DNA of 63,805 bases, the filler included, from Octopus bimaculoides (Eukaryota): NCBI RefSeq assembly GCF_001194135.2. It is 6 parts of 5 records of this genome, joined end to end, with 100 filler letters (N's around TTAATTAATTAA, not from the genome) between each part and the next. Parts side by side here need not be neighbours in the genome. Positions count along the whole stretch, not along the records: positions 1 to 22,350 come from NC_068998.1; positions 22,451 to 50,484 come from NC_068986.1; 4 more parts are not named here. One strand, 5' to 3'. Numbering within the stretch: the stretch's first letter is position 1; each line of letters begins with the position of its first letter. The position numbers and the translations under genes were made by a program. The notes beneath the pieces are model-generated. The model was given only the letters and a program-made list of their open reading frames with translations. It was not told the DNA's origin and made no database searches. This document shows positions 11,457 to 22,900 of this stretch, in pieces.

Positions 11457-12712
11457 TTGGGTCATCCCATAAATAATGCAGTTCTTTTATACTTCTTTTA
11501 TTTTTCAAAATTAAGATAAACAAAGTTCTTTTTTAATCTAAAATATACTCTCCTTCATTTTCTACAATGCTCTTCTATCTATTTGGTAGACTTGCAAGGT
11601 CCCTCTTCCAAAATTCATTTGTCCATGATGAAAAATTCTCCTCCAGTAATGTGAGGGTTAGAATTGTGACCTTACCTACAGAATTCGTATTTTTTCCGTC
11701 CAAATGATTTTGAAGACTGTGGAATAAATGATAATCAGATAGGGCAATGTCCAGCGAATATGGTGGGTGGGGCATCATTTCCCATTCAAACTGCTCAAGC
11801 TTTTAGAATGTCATCCTCGCTGTATGTGGCCAAGCATTATCCTGACAGAAGAGCGCCTTTTGTCTTAAAACCAAAGATGGTCATTTTCCTTCAAGCACTA
11901 ACTTAAACCACTCAAGCTACTCGCAGTAGATTGCCATTGTTATCATTTGGTTTGGGTTTAAAACTTCAAAGTGGACTAAACCTTTCATATCTCACCAAGC
12001 AGATAACAACACCTTATGTGGGTGAAGACCTTTCCCTACCCACTGTCTTCAGCACTTGACATTTTTATACAGAGCTAATTTCTCGTCACTAGTCACTATT
12101 CAGTCCAAAGAAGGTTCATTCATGAGACATGACAGCAAAGAAGAGAGCACACATTCACTCTCTGCACGTGATTAGACTCGGAAAGTTTGTGAGGAACCCA
12201 TTGACCCAATTTGCTGACTTTTCTGATGGCACGCAAGTGTCAATGAATGGTTGAATAACCAAATCCAAGTATCTCTGCTAGTTCCGCAACAGTTACAATG
12301 GGATTTTGTTTCACCAGAGTTTGCAGGATGCCCTCGTTGAGCTCTGCGGATCTTCCAGGATGTGGCTCGTCTTCTAGGCTGAAGTTTTCAGCTTGGAATT
12401 TCTGGAACCACCACTGATACTGGCTTATTGTCCGATCCCCATATACTGCATTAATATTCCCCACACTCTCCGTTGCCTTTATTGAACTCTTACAGCAAAA
12501 TATGCCAAATATGCTCCTTTGTCACTTCCATTTTAGCTTTGGAAAAATAACTGTTAAACCAAACTACACTATTCAAAACTTGCACTAAGAATACGCACAA
12601 GGTAAAATTACTACCTGCTTTTATAGAAAGTTGATGCAAGTAGTTTATCCTGTCCCCCTCCAACTTTTAATTCATGCAATTGAAAAACCGCATTATTTAT
12701 GGGATGACCCAA
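11457..12712 (-). mobile_element. full-span but decayed mariner (DD34D) element
   Basis: TIRs ttgggtcatcccataaataatgc / gcattatttatgggatgacccaa, both flanked by TA. Remnants WFQKFQAENFSLEDEPHPGRS and HPPYSLDIALSDYHLFHSLQNHL. Confidence 0.9.
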
Positions 12713-12734
12713 TACATACACACACACACTCACA

Positions 12735-12767
<33 letters not shown>

Positions 12768-13678
12768 CAGGCTACATTTCCAACTACCAAATCGGCTGAC
12801 AAGGCTTTGGTCGACTTGGGACTATAGTTGAAAGCACTTGCCCAACTTGCCACACATTGGGACTGAACCCAGAACCATGTAGATGGGAGGTTTCAGTGGT
12901 AGGATTGCAGCCATAGTGGAGCACCACTTTAATTTATTTCCTATCAGCTTCATTGTCACTTTATGGCTGGAAGTTGGTCTATAATTGAGTTTGTAGCAGC
13001 TGATCTCTTCTGAGTGCATCCTTGAATGACTGACTGGTCCAGTATTATTGTTAGGACTTTATCGAATGTTTTATTTTTGTTTTGTTTTTGTTTAATGTTT
13101 AAGTAGAGGTCCCTTTTATACTTCTGATTACTTTAGATAAGCAGTTGACCAGGTGAAGACCTCTAAATATCAGACACAAAATCATACGTGCACAGATATA
13201 TACACACACACATACACAATGGGCTTTTTTCAGTTTCTGTCTACCAAATTCACTCACAAGGCTTTGACTGGCATGAGGCTAAAGTGGAAGACATTTAACC
13301 AAAGTGCCATGCAGTGGAACTGAACCTGCAACCATGCGGTTGGGAAACAAGCTTCTTACCACACAGCCATGCCTGCAGTTATCTATATATATTCATATAC
13401 ATACACACACACACACACACACATATATGTATATATACATATGTACATCCCACACATCATCATCATCATCATCCAGTGTTTTAAATCCAGGTTTTGTCCC
13501 TGTTAACAGGGTGGCTGGATCTACCTCAATGCCATAGCAACTGAGGTAGGCAGGTGCAGCTCACCTCAACCTTTAGATTGGCTGGTGTCCATTCTCCCTT
13601 GCAATCAAGAGGCTTTTTTGGAGCTGGATTGTCTTCATATCAATGCAAAACATGGAAAGACATACATATACACATACA

Positions 13679-13728
<50 letters not shown>

Positions 13729-14459
13729 TGTGTGGTGTGAAAATGTTCTAGAAAATATAAACATGATAGGTACTGAAACAACAAGATGTGCTGAATATTC
13801 TAAGATAATTTTCCACTTTATTTTACAAACTATCTGCAAAATATCTCTTGTATTTTTTTAGCATTATAAAAAAAGATAAACTCAAAATTTCGTTTCAGAA
13901 TATTACAGACAATGAGCAGAAATAGAAGATGACCGTTATTAGCAGAACACACACACACACACACACAGAGTGTATATCGTAGGCTGTCTGTGAATATCAA
14001 AGATGATGTTTTATATTACATTTCACTTCAAAGAAGTTGTCATGTACAAATGGTGTTCACTTGTCAAGAAATCTTCAGCAGCAGATAAGGGTTAGTGATA
14101 CAAAGAGCAACTAGCAGTAAAGCACAATGGCACAATAACAGAGACGAGCTTAGCCCATGTAAGCATGGAAAAAACAGAAGTTAAGAGGAATGAACAAAAA
14201 ACGAAAGCATATAACAAAAGCTTGTATCTTTCATCTTCTTTTGTCTTTAACTTGTTCCAGTCATCAGACTGTGGTCATACTGGAGCACCACCTTGGAGTC
14301 AAATAAATCCACTCCAGTACTTTTTTTATTTTAAGCCGGTATTTGTTTTATCAGTCTTTTTTTGCCAAACTGCTGCATTACAGGGATGTAAACAAACCAA
14401 CATAAGTTGTCAAGCGGTGATGGGGGACAAACACAGACACAAAGATACACACACGTAAG

Positions 14460-14497
<38 letters not shown>

Positions 14498-14504
14498 TCA
14501 TCAT

Positions 14505-14655
14505 CATCATCATCATCATCATCGTTTAACGTCCGCTTTCCATGCTAGCATGGGTTGGACAATTTGACTGAGGACTGGTGCAACCGGATGGCTACACCAG
14601 GCTCCAATCTAATTTGGCAGAGTTTCTACAGCTGGATGCCCTTCCTAACGCCAAG
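14505..14655 (-). mobile_element. RTE-LINE 3' tail (family C; also ~8300-8435+, 17300-17570+, 18030-18220-, 20320-20560-, 21500-21730+, 55130-55330+)
   Basis: The same sequence forms the 3' UTR of the RTE ORF remnant at 18464-19530 and ends in an (ATG)n tail. Confidence 0.8.
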
Positions 14656-14669
14656 GACGAATTCTTTTA

Positions 14670-15150
14670 CAAGAATTTATCAAGTAGCTAGCGTGAAAAA
14701 ACCTCATAAGGGAAAAAATCCATCATTTATTCCCGAAATATATATTTATATTTATATAAGGGCATTACTATACAATAACGCCTCACGCCATGAGGGACTC
14801 TAAGGTCAGACTACTATAAAAAAAACACATTTTTACCGAACACGAGGAAATGTAACTCTCAAAGCCAGCCCCTTAAAGACAGACTAAATTATAGATCATG
14901 ATTTCGTAGTTATTGTAGTATTATACAACCTCTACTCGTCAGTATAATATGGCCAAGAAAAATAGAAGTAAACAGAGAATCAACATACCAAACGAACATC
15001 GTATATCCAATATAGCATATAGAAGACTGTTCATCGCTATTTCCCTATGTAAGTGGCTTTTTCCCTATGTAAATGTGCTTTTTATGGTAGTTTGACCTTA
15101 GAGTCCCTCATAGCGTGAGGCATTATTGTATAGTAATGCCCTTATATAAA
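14670..15150 (-). mobile_element. non-coding hammerhead-bearing element with an ~80-bp inverted repeat (14751-14832 / 15071-15150)
   Basis: The IR arms match at 66/70 over the outer 70 bp and the ribozyme lies between them. The left flank 14673-14790 is homologous to 39064-39175. Confidence 0.6.
14888..14948 (-). ncRNA. type I hammerhead ribozyme, all core nucleotides intact
   Basis: Minus strand: AUUAUA-CUGACGA-GUAG(agguuguauaauacuacaauaa)CUAC-GAAA-UCAUGA-UC|UAUAAU. Stem I is 6/6, stem II is 4/4 plus an inner uugua/uacaa stem, stem III is palindromic and the cleavage triplet is AUC. Confidence 0.9.
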
Positions 15151-15165
15151 TATATATATATATAT

Positions 15166-15226
<61 letters not shown>

Positions 15227-15502
15227 CATACACATATACAATGGGCTTCTTTCAGTTTCCATCTACCAAATCCACTCACAATGCTTTGGTCAGCCCAAGG
15301 CTATAGTAGAAGACACTTCCACAAGGTGCCATGCAGTGAGACTGAAGCCAGAACCATGTGGTTGGGAAGCAAGCTCCTTACCACACAGCCACACCTATAA
15401 TATATATAATGTAATTGATAACATAAGCATGTCTCAGTTTGAGCCATTTTACTAAAGCTGATTCATTATTTTCTTATTACTCTTGTGTTTTATTTAGTCC
15501 CA

Positions 15503-15845
15503 ATGCGTGGCACCTTGGGCAAGTGTCTTCTACTATAGCCTCGGGCCGACCAAAGCCTTGTGAGTGGATTTGGTAGACGGAAACTGAAAGAAGCCCGTCG
15601 TATATATGTATGTGTGTGTGTATGTTTTTGTGTCTGTGTTTATCCCCCCAACATTGCTTGACAACCGACGCTGGTGTGTTTACGTCCCCGTTACTTAGAG
15701 GTTCGGCAAAAGACCCCGATAGAATAAGTACTAGGCTTCCAAAGAATAAGTCCTGGGGTCGATTAACACGACTAAAAGGTGGTGCTCCAGCATGGCCGCA
15801 GTCAAATGACTGAAACAAGTAAAAGAGTAAAAGAGAGTAAAGAGT
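15503..15845 (+). mobile_element. young family B SINE, 5'-truncated
   Basis: Retains consensus CpGs and a gtaaaaga-repeat tail. Confidence 0.9.
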
Positions 15846-16098
15846 ACACAGTGTGATTTGAGGAAAACTTAGCTACTATTTGGAACAGACCATGTGATTA
15901 CACAGAAGCTTCCTTGGGTATTCTGTAATTATAGAGTGAATGTATGTTATTCTATTTACTTTTGTGCATGCTTTGGCTTTGGGACAGGTAAACTGCCACT
16001 GCAAGTCATAAGAATCAGCTACACTACTATAAAACTCTGCATCAAGAAAAACTGTCCAAACCATGTCTGTGTGGGAAAGTGGACATAAAGCAATGATT

Positions 16099-16135
<37 letters not shown>

Positions 16136-16770
16136 CAGTGACAATGATGACATGAACTAGTTTTGTAATAATATCTCATTGTTACCAATACAAGATCAGC
16201 CATCATGGAAGTGTCTTATTTGTATGGTTATTCCAACAGTTAAAGTCAAGAACTTTATACTTTGTATGTTTGTACCTGAATGCATGAAATTAACATTGGT
16301 TATCTGAAGTTTATTCAATGGTTTCCAAGTTTGTAATTTAATGGTGAGAAGAAAAAATTTTATTTTGGTGTGTTTTCCTGTAATATATTTTTAAAGCTAG
16401 TTTATAAATTGGGTGTAAAATCTGCTGCAATTTCAAGAGATTTCTGATAACATGTCAACTATTCTATATTTCAGCTGCATTTTATTCAAACAATATCCTC
16501 TATGTGTATGATGGCGTTGACTTAATGCATAAAGCATCAACAAGATAACTAAGTAAACATTTATGTGATGATGGAAAAACAATTCTGGTCATTACTCTTA
16601 CTCTTATACTCTTACTTGTTTCAGTCATTTGACTGTGGCCATGCTGGAGCACCGCCTTTAGTCGAGCAAATCGACCTCAGGACTTATTCCTTGTAAGCCT
16701 AGAACTTATTCTATCAGTCTCGATGAACTTCCTCATAGTCTTCATTTATATATATATGTGTGTGTGTGTT

Positions 16771-16837
<67 letters not shown>

Positions 16838-16903
16838 GAATATTTAGACACACATACACACATATATACATGAAACTTAAAGCCTACATAGACATGCACT
16901 TAC

Positions 16904-16976
16904 CTTTTGCGGTTTCATTATCAACCATGTCTAATAACTTCACAACCTTGCAATCCCAAATTGTTTTCAAATAGAC
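16904..16976 (-). CDS. MTFMT: MTFMT penultimate coding exon (73 nt)
   Basis: tttccag|GTC...AAAG|gtaagt. Translation VYLKTIWDCKVVKLLDMVDNETAK matches recalled human [20 protein letters not shown]. The phase 1 end (G+AA = Glu) joins the terminal exon in frame. Confidence 0.9.
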
Positions 16977-17644
16977 CTGGAAATACATCATCATCACAAT
17001 TATCAACATGAAAAGATAACCAGAATTATCCCCAAATAACTATACCAATGTTACCCATCCAACAACAACCTCTATTTTATTTCTGTTTTTGTTGTTATTG
17101 AATTTTTTCTTTGACAAGGTAATCTGCAGGCCCTGCTAATACAACTTCTAATAGCCTTGACCTGAATTTCACAACATCCTATTTTGTTCTCAGATGAAAC
17201 TAAAAACTAAAATCATCATTTTCAAATCCCATAAGAGTAGATACCAGTCATATACTAGGGCCCAATACAATAAGGCATTCCCAGCTGTTTATATGCATAC
17301 ATACATATGTCATGTAAATTGGCATCCATGCCGGTGGCATGTAAAAGCACTCTGGTGTCACACAAATGGCACAAATGCTGGTGGCACATAAAAGCACCCA
17401 TTGCACTCTCAGATTGATTAGCATTATGGCATTAGGAAGGGAATCCAGTTGTAGAAAATCATGCCAAATCAGACTGGAGCCTGGTACAGCCTTCCAACAT
17501 GTAAGCCTGGTCAAACCATCCAACCTATGCCAGCATGGAGAACAGACATTAAATGATGATGATGATATATATATATATATCTACATACATACACACATAC
17601 ATATATATAGAAATACATTTATACATATATACACATACATTTTT

Positions 17645-17945
17645 AAGTGGCACTCTCTTAGTCACAACAAGGGTTCCAGTTGATCCGATCAATGAAACAG
17701 CCTGCTAGTGAAATTAACATGCAAGCAGCTGAGCATTCCACTAATATGTGTACTCATAATGTAGTTCTCAGGGAGATTCAGTGTGACAAGACTAGCCCTT
17801 TTTAAATACTGATAGTGTTCATTTTTTCCAGCTGAGTGAAGTGAGCAACTTGAAATGAAGTGTCTTGTTCAAGGACACAAAATGCCACCAGAAATCAAAC
17901 TCGTGACTTTACCATCATAAGCTGGATACCCTAACCACTAAGTGA
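17645..17945 (-). mobile_element. tRNA-head SINE family D (also ~53690-53975 and 59812-60020)
   Basis: Recurrent gagggttccagttgatccgatc...gtgaaattaacgtgcaag...catttttgccagctgagtggactggagcaacgtgaa...; the tRNA-like head is at the right end on the minus strand. Confidence 0.75.
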
Positions 17946-18429
17946 CATGTATACATATATACTCGCACACACACACATATATATTCACTCACATATACAC
18001 ATAGCTAAATACATAAACACACATATACATATCATCATCATCATCATCATCATCGTTTAACGTCCGCTTTCCATGCTAGCATGGGTTGGACGATTTGACT
18101 GAGGACTGGTGAAACCGGATGGCAACACCAGGCTCCAATCTAATTTGGCAGAGTTTCTATAGCTGGATGCCCTTCCTAACGCCAACTACTCAGAGAGTGT
18201 AGTGGGTGCTTTTACGTGTATACACGTATATACCTATATACACATACACATATATATTTAATATTTTGGACTAATAGGTATATGCCAATTAGTGTGTTGA
18301 AGTGTTGAGTAGAGTACTGGCACAGTTTGGGCTGCCTGGTGTCATCCGCAGTTGGGGTATATTTCCATTGGATCTACTTCAGGATCTCCAGTGTTAGTTG
18401 AGACAGATCTGGTTACTTAATCAATTAAC

Positions 18430-18463
<34 letters not shown>

Positions 18464-18469
<6 letters not shown>

Positions 18470-19530
18470 CATCATTTAACGTCCGCTGTCTATGCTGGCA
18501 TGTGTTGGACAGTTTGACCAGGCTGGCACACTGGAAGGCTGTGCCAGATTCCAGTCTGATTTGGCATGGTTTTCAACAGCAGGATGACTTTCCCAATGCT
18601 AACCACTGCAAGAGTGTAATGGGTGATTTTAGGTGCTACCAGCACAGGTGCCATTTGCATGACACTGGGGTACTTTTACATGCCAATTTGTGAGACACCG
18701 GTATCTGTCACAACTGTGATTTTGTTCGGCTTGATGTGTCTTTTTCTCAAGCAGGACATAATGCCAAAGCTCTCAGTCATTTCTTCCTTGAGACCCAACA
18801 CTTGAAAGGAACTCAGCCACTTTGCCCCCGTGAGGCCCAATGCTCAAAAGATGTTCTTTACGTGCCATCAGCATTACCATTACCATTGAAATTACCATTG
18901 ATGGGTCCTCTCAAGCACAACAGATCACCAAAGGTCTCAGTCACTAGTCACTGCCTCTGTGAGGATCAAAGTTCAAAGATCATACTTCACCACCTCATCC
19001 CATGTCTTCCTGGGTCAACCTCCACCACAGGTCCCTCCACAGTTAGAGATCGGCACTTCTTTACACAGCTGTCCTTGTCCATACGCATCACATAACCATA
19101 CCAGTGCTGTTGCCTCTTCTGCCCACCAAATCTGATACCTCTTATGCCTAACTTTTCTCTCAAGATGCTTACACTCTGTTGCACATGCACACTCACATTC
19201 TCACAGCTACGCTCTTGGAGCATCCACATCCACAACTAACATGGTCAACTAGATAATGGAAGCTATCTACTACCTCTAGCTTGCCCCCCTGGCAGTTGAT
19301 GGAGTCTATTTTCTGCACATTTTCAGCATTTATTGTACCTGTGCAATCTTCCACATACAATAGCTAGTTTCCTTGTTAACTTTCCTCTGATATTGCTACA
19401 CCTTTTATGTGTCCAAAGCTTACACTGGGTGCATCTTATGGAGTTTCTAGCTACACTTTTTCTACAGATCAAGCAGGGCCATCTACATGAAGGGATTTAT
19501 GATTTGTCTGACTTTCTACTTAATATCCTT
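18464..19530 (-). mobile_element. RTE-clade LINE 3' fragment (ORF remnant, 3' UTR and (ATG)n tail)
   Basis: RWPCLICRKSVARNSIRCTQCKLWTHKRCSNIRGKL...CGR, then KLEVVDSFHYL, LREKLGIRGI...WYGYVMRMDKDSCVKKC and GRPRKTWDEVVKYDL. Confidence 0.85.
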
Positions 19531-19608
19531 AATTGCTTTATCTACTACGGAACTGTTGATTCAGGTAGCCAGTCCCTCAATTGGGTCAACATTTGGCAGA
19601 CTCTCCTC

Positions 19609-19652
<44 letters not shown>

Positions 19653-21366
19653 TACATACATATATATGCATGTATACATTCAAATACATAAATATATGCA
19701 TACATACACATATAGATATATATTTATGCAATAGGGTTCTTTTCAGCTTTAGTCAACCGACTTCACTCACAAGGGCCTAGGGTTACATTAGAGAAGACAC
19801 TTGCCCAAGGTGCCACACAGTGGGACAGAACCCAAGACCATGTGTTTGAGAAGCAATTGCCTGAAAAATTAAAGATGAGATGATTACAGCTGAAATGCCT
19901 TTGATTATTGCACTATTTATACAAGCGGGTTTGACCTGGAGTTAACAACACCACCACCACCACCAACCACAACAACAGCATCAGTAAATTAATGTGAAAT
20001 ATTTTCCTGACATGTCTTAAGATTCATTCATTTTGGAACGAAGAAAAATGTTTGGCACCTCCTGTTTTGGTATTCCGTAGCTAGCTGCCATCTAACTGTA
20101 AACAACAGCAGTATACCATATAACTGATGGGCTATTTTCTATGCCTGAGAGTTGAGTTCAAATCCTGCATTTGACATAGTGAGTCTGTGATAGATTGGTA
20201 TCCTATAAATTGCAGACAATTTTGCAATTGCTTAATAGAGTAAAAGTTGAAAGCTTCACCCATCACCCAAATCATCATACTCACACACACTTATATGCAT
20301 CTTCTACCATTATCATCACCATCATTCTAACGTCCATGTTTCCATGATTGCAAAGGGTCATATGGAATTTGTTCAGAAAGATTTTCTATGGCCGGATGCC
20401 CTTCCTGTTCCCAATCCTCTCCTTTTCCCAAGTGAGGTAATAATATTTCCCCATGGCCAGATAGGTTTATCACAGAAAACTGGAAATGAACCACACTGCT
20501 TGCATGGCAGTGATGCTCATTTACAACTATTGTGCAATGTCAAGACAAGGAGACAGTAACACACACATGCAGGTTTTATCTTTCACTTGTTTCAGTCATT
20601 AGACTGTGGCCATGCTGGGGCACTGTCTTGAAAATACACACACACATACATACACAACAGGCTTCTTTCATTTTTTTATCTACCAAATCCACTCAATAAG
20701 GCTTTGGCTGACCTGAGGCTACAGTTGAAGACAATTGCCCAAGGTGCCATGCAGTGAGACTGAACCTGGAACCATGTGGTTGGAAGCAAACTTCTTAACA
20801 CACAGCTGCCATGAAACACCAAATTCAGAAGTGGGTAGCACAGAGAAAAATCTATAATGAAAAAATACTTTTCAAATTAAAGCAAACACTACACCTCAAA
20901 TATTAAACTTCATCTGATGAGACAATGAAGCTACTATGTGACTACAAAACGTGCTAGAAATAGCAGTTAAGCCTTCAACTTACACCCTGTGGCTAATAGA
21001 AAGGAAGGACACATTGGATAATGTATTTTGATATACTGTATTAATAATTTAGTGACTGCAAGTGCTTAATAATATCTTTTATCTTTTACTTGTTGCAGTC
21101 TATGGCCATGCTGGGGTACCGCCTTGAAGCATTTAGAAGAACAAAGTGACCCCATTATTCATTTTTTAAAGTCTGGTACTTGTTCTATTAGTCTTGCCAG
21201 TTGAGTTGCTAAAATACAAGGATGTAAACAAACCAATATCTGTTATCAGTTGGTGGGGAGGATAAAAATACACACATATATCCATACAAATGTGTGTGTG
21301 TAACCATATGTAAATCATTGGCGATTTTCTTCCTCTGTCTTCCCTTCTATTGGACTTCCTCTGTTT

Positions 21367-21395
21367 CCGAAGAAGAGTGCCTGCTCGAAATGTTA
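21367..21395 (+). ncRNA. degenerate minimal hammerhead-like motif in a short repeat
   Basis: CCGAAGA-A-GAG-tgcctg-CTC-GAAA-tgtta. Carries CUGA>CCGA and GAAAC>GAAAT changes. Confidence 0.35.
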
Positions 21396-22394
21396 AACCA
21401 TCTTTCTTTCCTTTCCTGAGTGTACCATGTACTTGCATTGTTGTTTTTTTGTGTTTGTTCTTTTTGGATTTACTATATATATATATTTATATAGCTTAAC
21501 CCATCACACTCACAGAGTGGTTGGCGTTAGAAAGGGCATTCAGCTGTAGAAAACCGTGCCAAATCAGACTGGAGCCTGGCACAGCCTTCCAGTATTCCAG
21601 CCCAGTCAGACTGTCCAACCCATGCCAGCATGGAAAATGGATGTTACATGATGATGATGGTGGTATATATTCTATTTGTCCCATCCATGCCAGCATGGAA
21701 GATGGACATTAAACGATGATGATGATGATGATATAGGCGCAGGAGTGGCTGTATGGCACAGGTGCAGGAGTGGCAAGTAGCTGTGTGGTAAGTAGCTTGC
21801 TTACTAACCACATGGTTCCAGGTTCAGTCCCACTGTGTGGCACCTTAGGCAAGTGTCTTCTACTATAGCCTCGGGCCAACCACAGCCTTGTGAGTGGATT
21901 TGGTTGACGGAAATTGAAAGAAGCTCATCATATATAAATATATATATGTATGTGAATATATATAAATGAGAAATCCATTCTAAATTATCTCAATCCCTTC
22001 TCTCCGCTGACATACTACGACGAAGTCTCCAAGATGCAGATAAGATAGAGATTTTTATTTATTTACGGCCTCAAACATCTCATACCTTCGCGCTTTAGTT
22101 TGCCCTCTATTATTTATCTTGTTTCTCTCCATGAAATTCAATTGAATTCAGTTGTTGTCTTAAATTCATACTTATTCATTTTCTAAGCTTCCTAAATTCA
22201 TGCTACGTTATATTCTATTCACCTAGAATTCATTGCTCTTTTAAAAATTACGATTTATGCATTGTTGTCTCTCAAATATTTAAAATCTACAATTAAGAGC
22301 CCTATCTACTCGCTGACATACCCACCCCTACCCATTTTCCTTTATTCAAANNNNNNNNNNNNNNNNNNNNNNNNNNNNNNNNNNNNNNNNNNNN

Positions 22395-22406
22395 TTAATT
22401 AATTAA
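22395..22406. other. assembly linker TTAATTAATTAA (also 50529-50540, 53100-53111, 58300-58311, 62578-62589)
   Basis: All five are exactly 44N + 12 nt + 44N = 100 nt, and the 12-mer gives stop codons in all six frames. Confidence 0.95.
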
Positions 22407-22729
22407 NNNNNNNNNNNNNNNNNNNNNNNNNNNNNNNNNNNNNNNNNNNNTATATATATATACTTATGTATATATATATGTGTATCGAAGTTTGGAAACA
22501 CTCGTCAGTCATACAGTACCCCCACAACTTGTATCACACCATGGTTCTTATCTATTTGATGAGTTAAACTTTATATCACGTTTGGTGAGTAATAACGTCC
22601 TTGCTAACCGGTTTCGAATGGGTCACTCGTTGCTTCACTACATTTACTAGACTGACGAGTGGTTGCGGAGCCAAATCACAGGGATTTTTTGTTCAAATGC
22701 ATGTTTATTATTCTTTTCTTTTCTACTCC

Positions 22730-22900
22730 AGGCACAAAGCCCGACATTTTGGGGGAGGGGGGGCAGTCGATTAGATCAACCCCAGTACGCAACTTGTACT
22801 TAATTTATCGACCCTGAAAGGATGAAAGGTAAAGTCGACCTCGGTGGAATTTGAACTCAGAACGTAAAGGCAGACGAAATACTGCTAAACATTTCGCCGC
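22730..22900 (-). mobile_element. family A SINE (minus copies also ~23895-24070, 37815-37955, 38730-38905, 52570-52715; plus copies ~25600-25790, 25905-26075)
   Basis: Reverse complement of the family A core: gaaaggatgaaagg(c/t)aaagtcgacctcgg(c/t)ggaatttgaactcagaacgta. Confidence 0.85.

Noticed and set aside
13565-13625. APKKPLDCKGEW with splice-like ends
   Set aside because: Wrong order relative to the MTFMT exons, and no similarity beyond APK.
14960-15070. YIGK/YIGYT peptides on the minus strand next to the hammerhead, suggesting GIY-YIG
   Set aside because: They come from a short acatagggaaa duplication and different frames, with no surrounding domain similarity.
19338-19386. RKVNKETSYCMWKIAQ with AG/GT ends, resembling MTFMT PKISAGTSCIKW
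   Set aside because: It lies inside the RTE ORF remnant, whose other frame reads CSNIRGKLTRKLAIVCGR, and it is too short for the expected exon; a chance match.
22351-22450. TTAATTAATTAA palindrome (overlapping PacI sites) recurring five times
   Set aside because: Always centred in an exact 44N+12+44N block; a synthetic six-frame-stop scaffolding linker, not biology.
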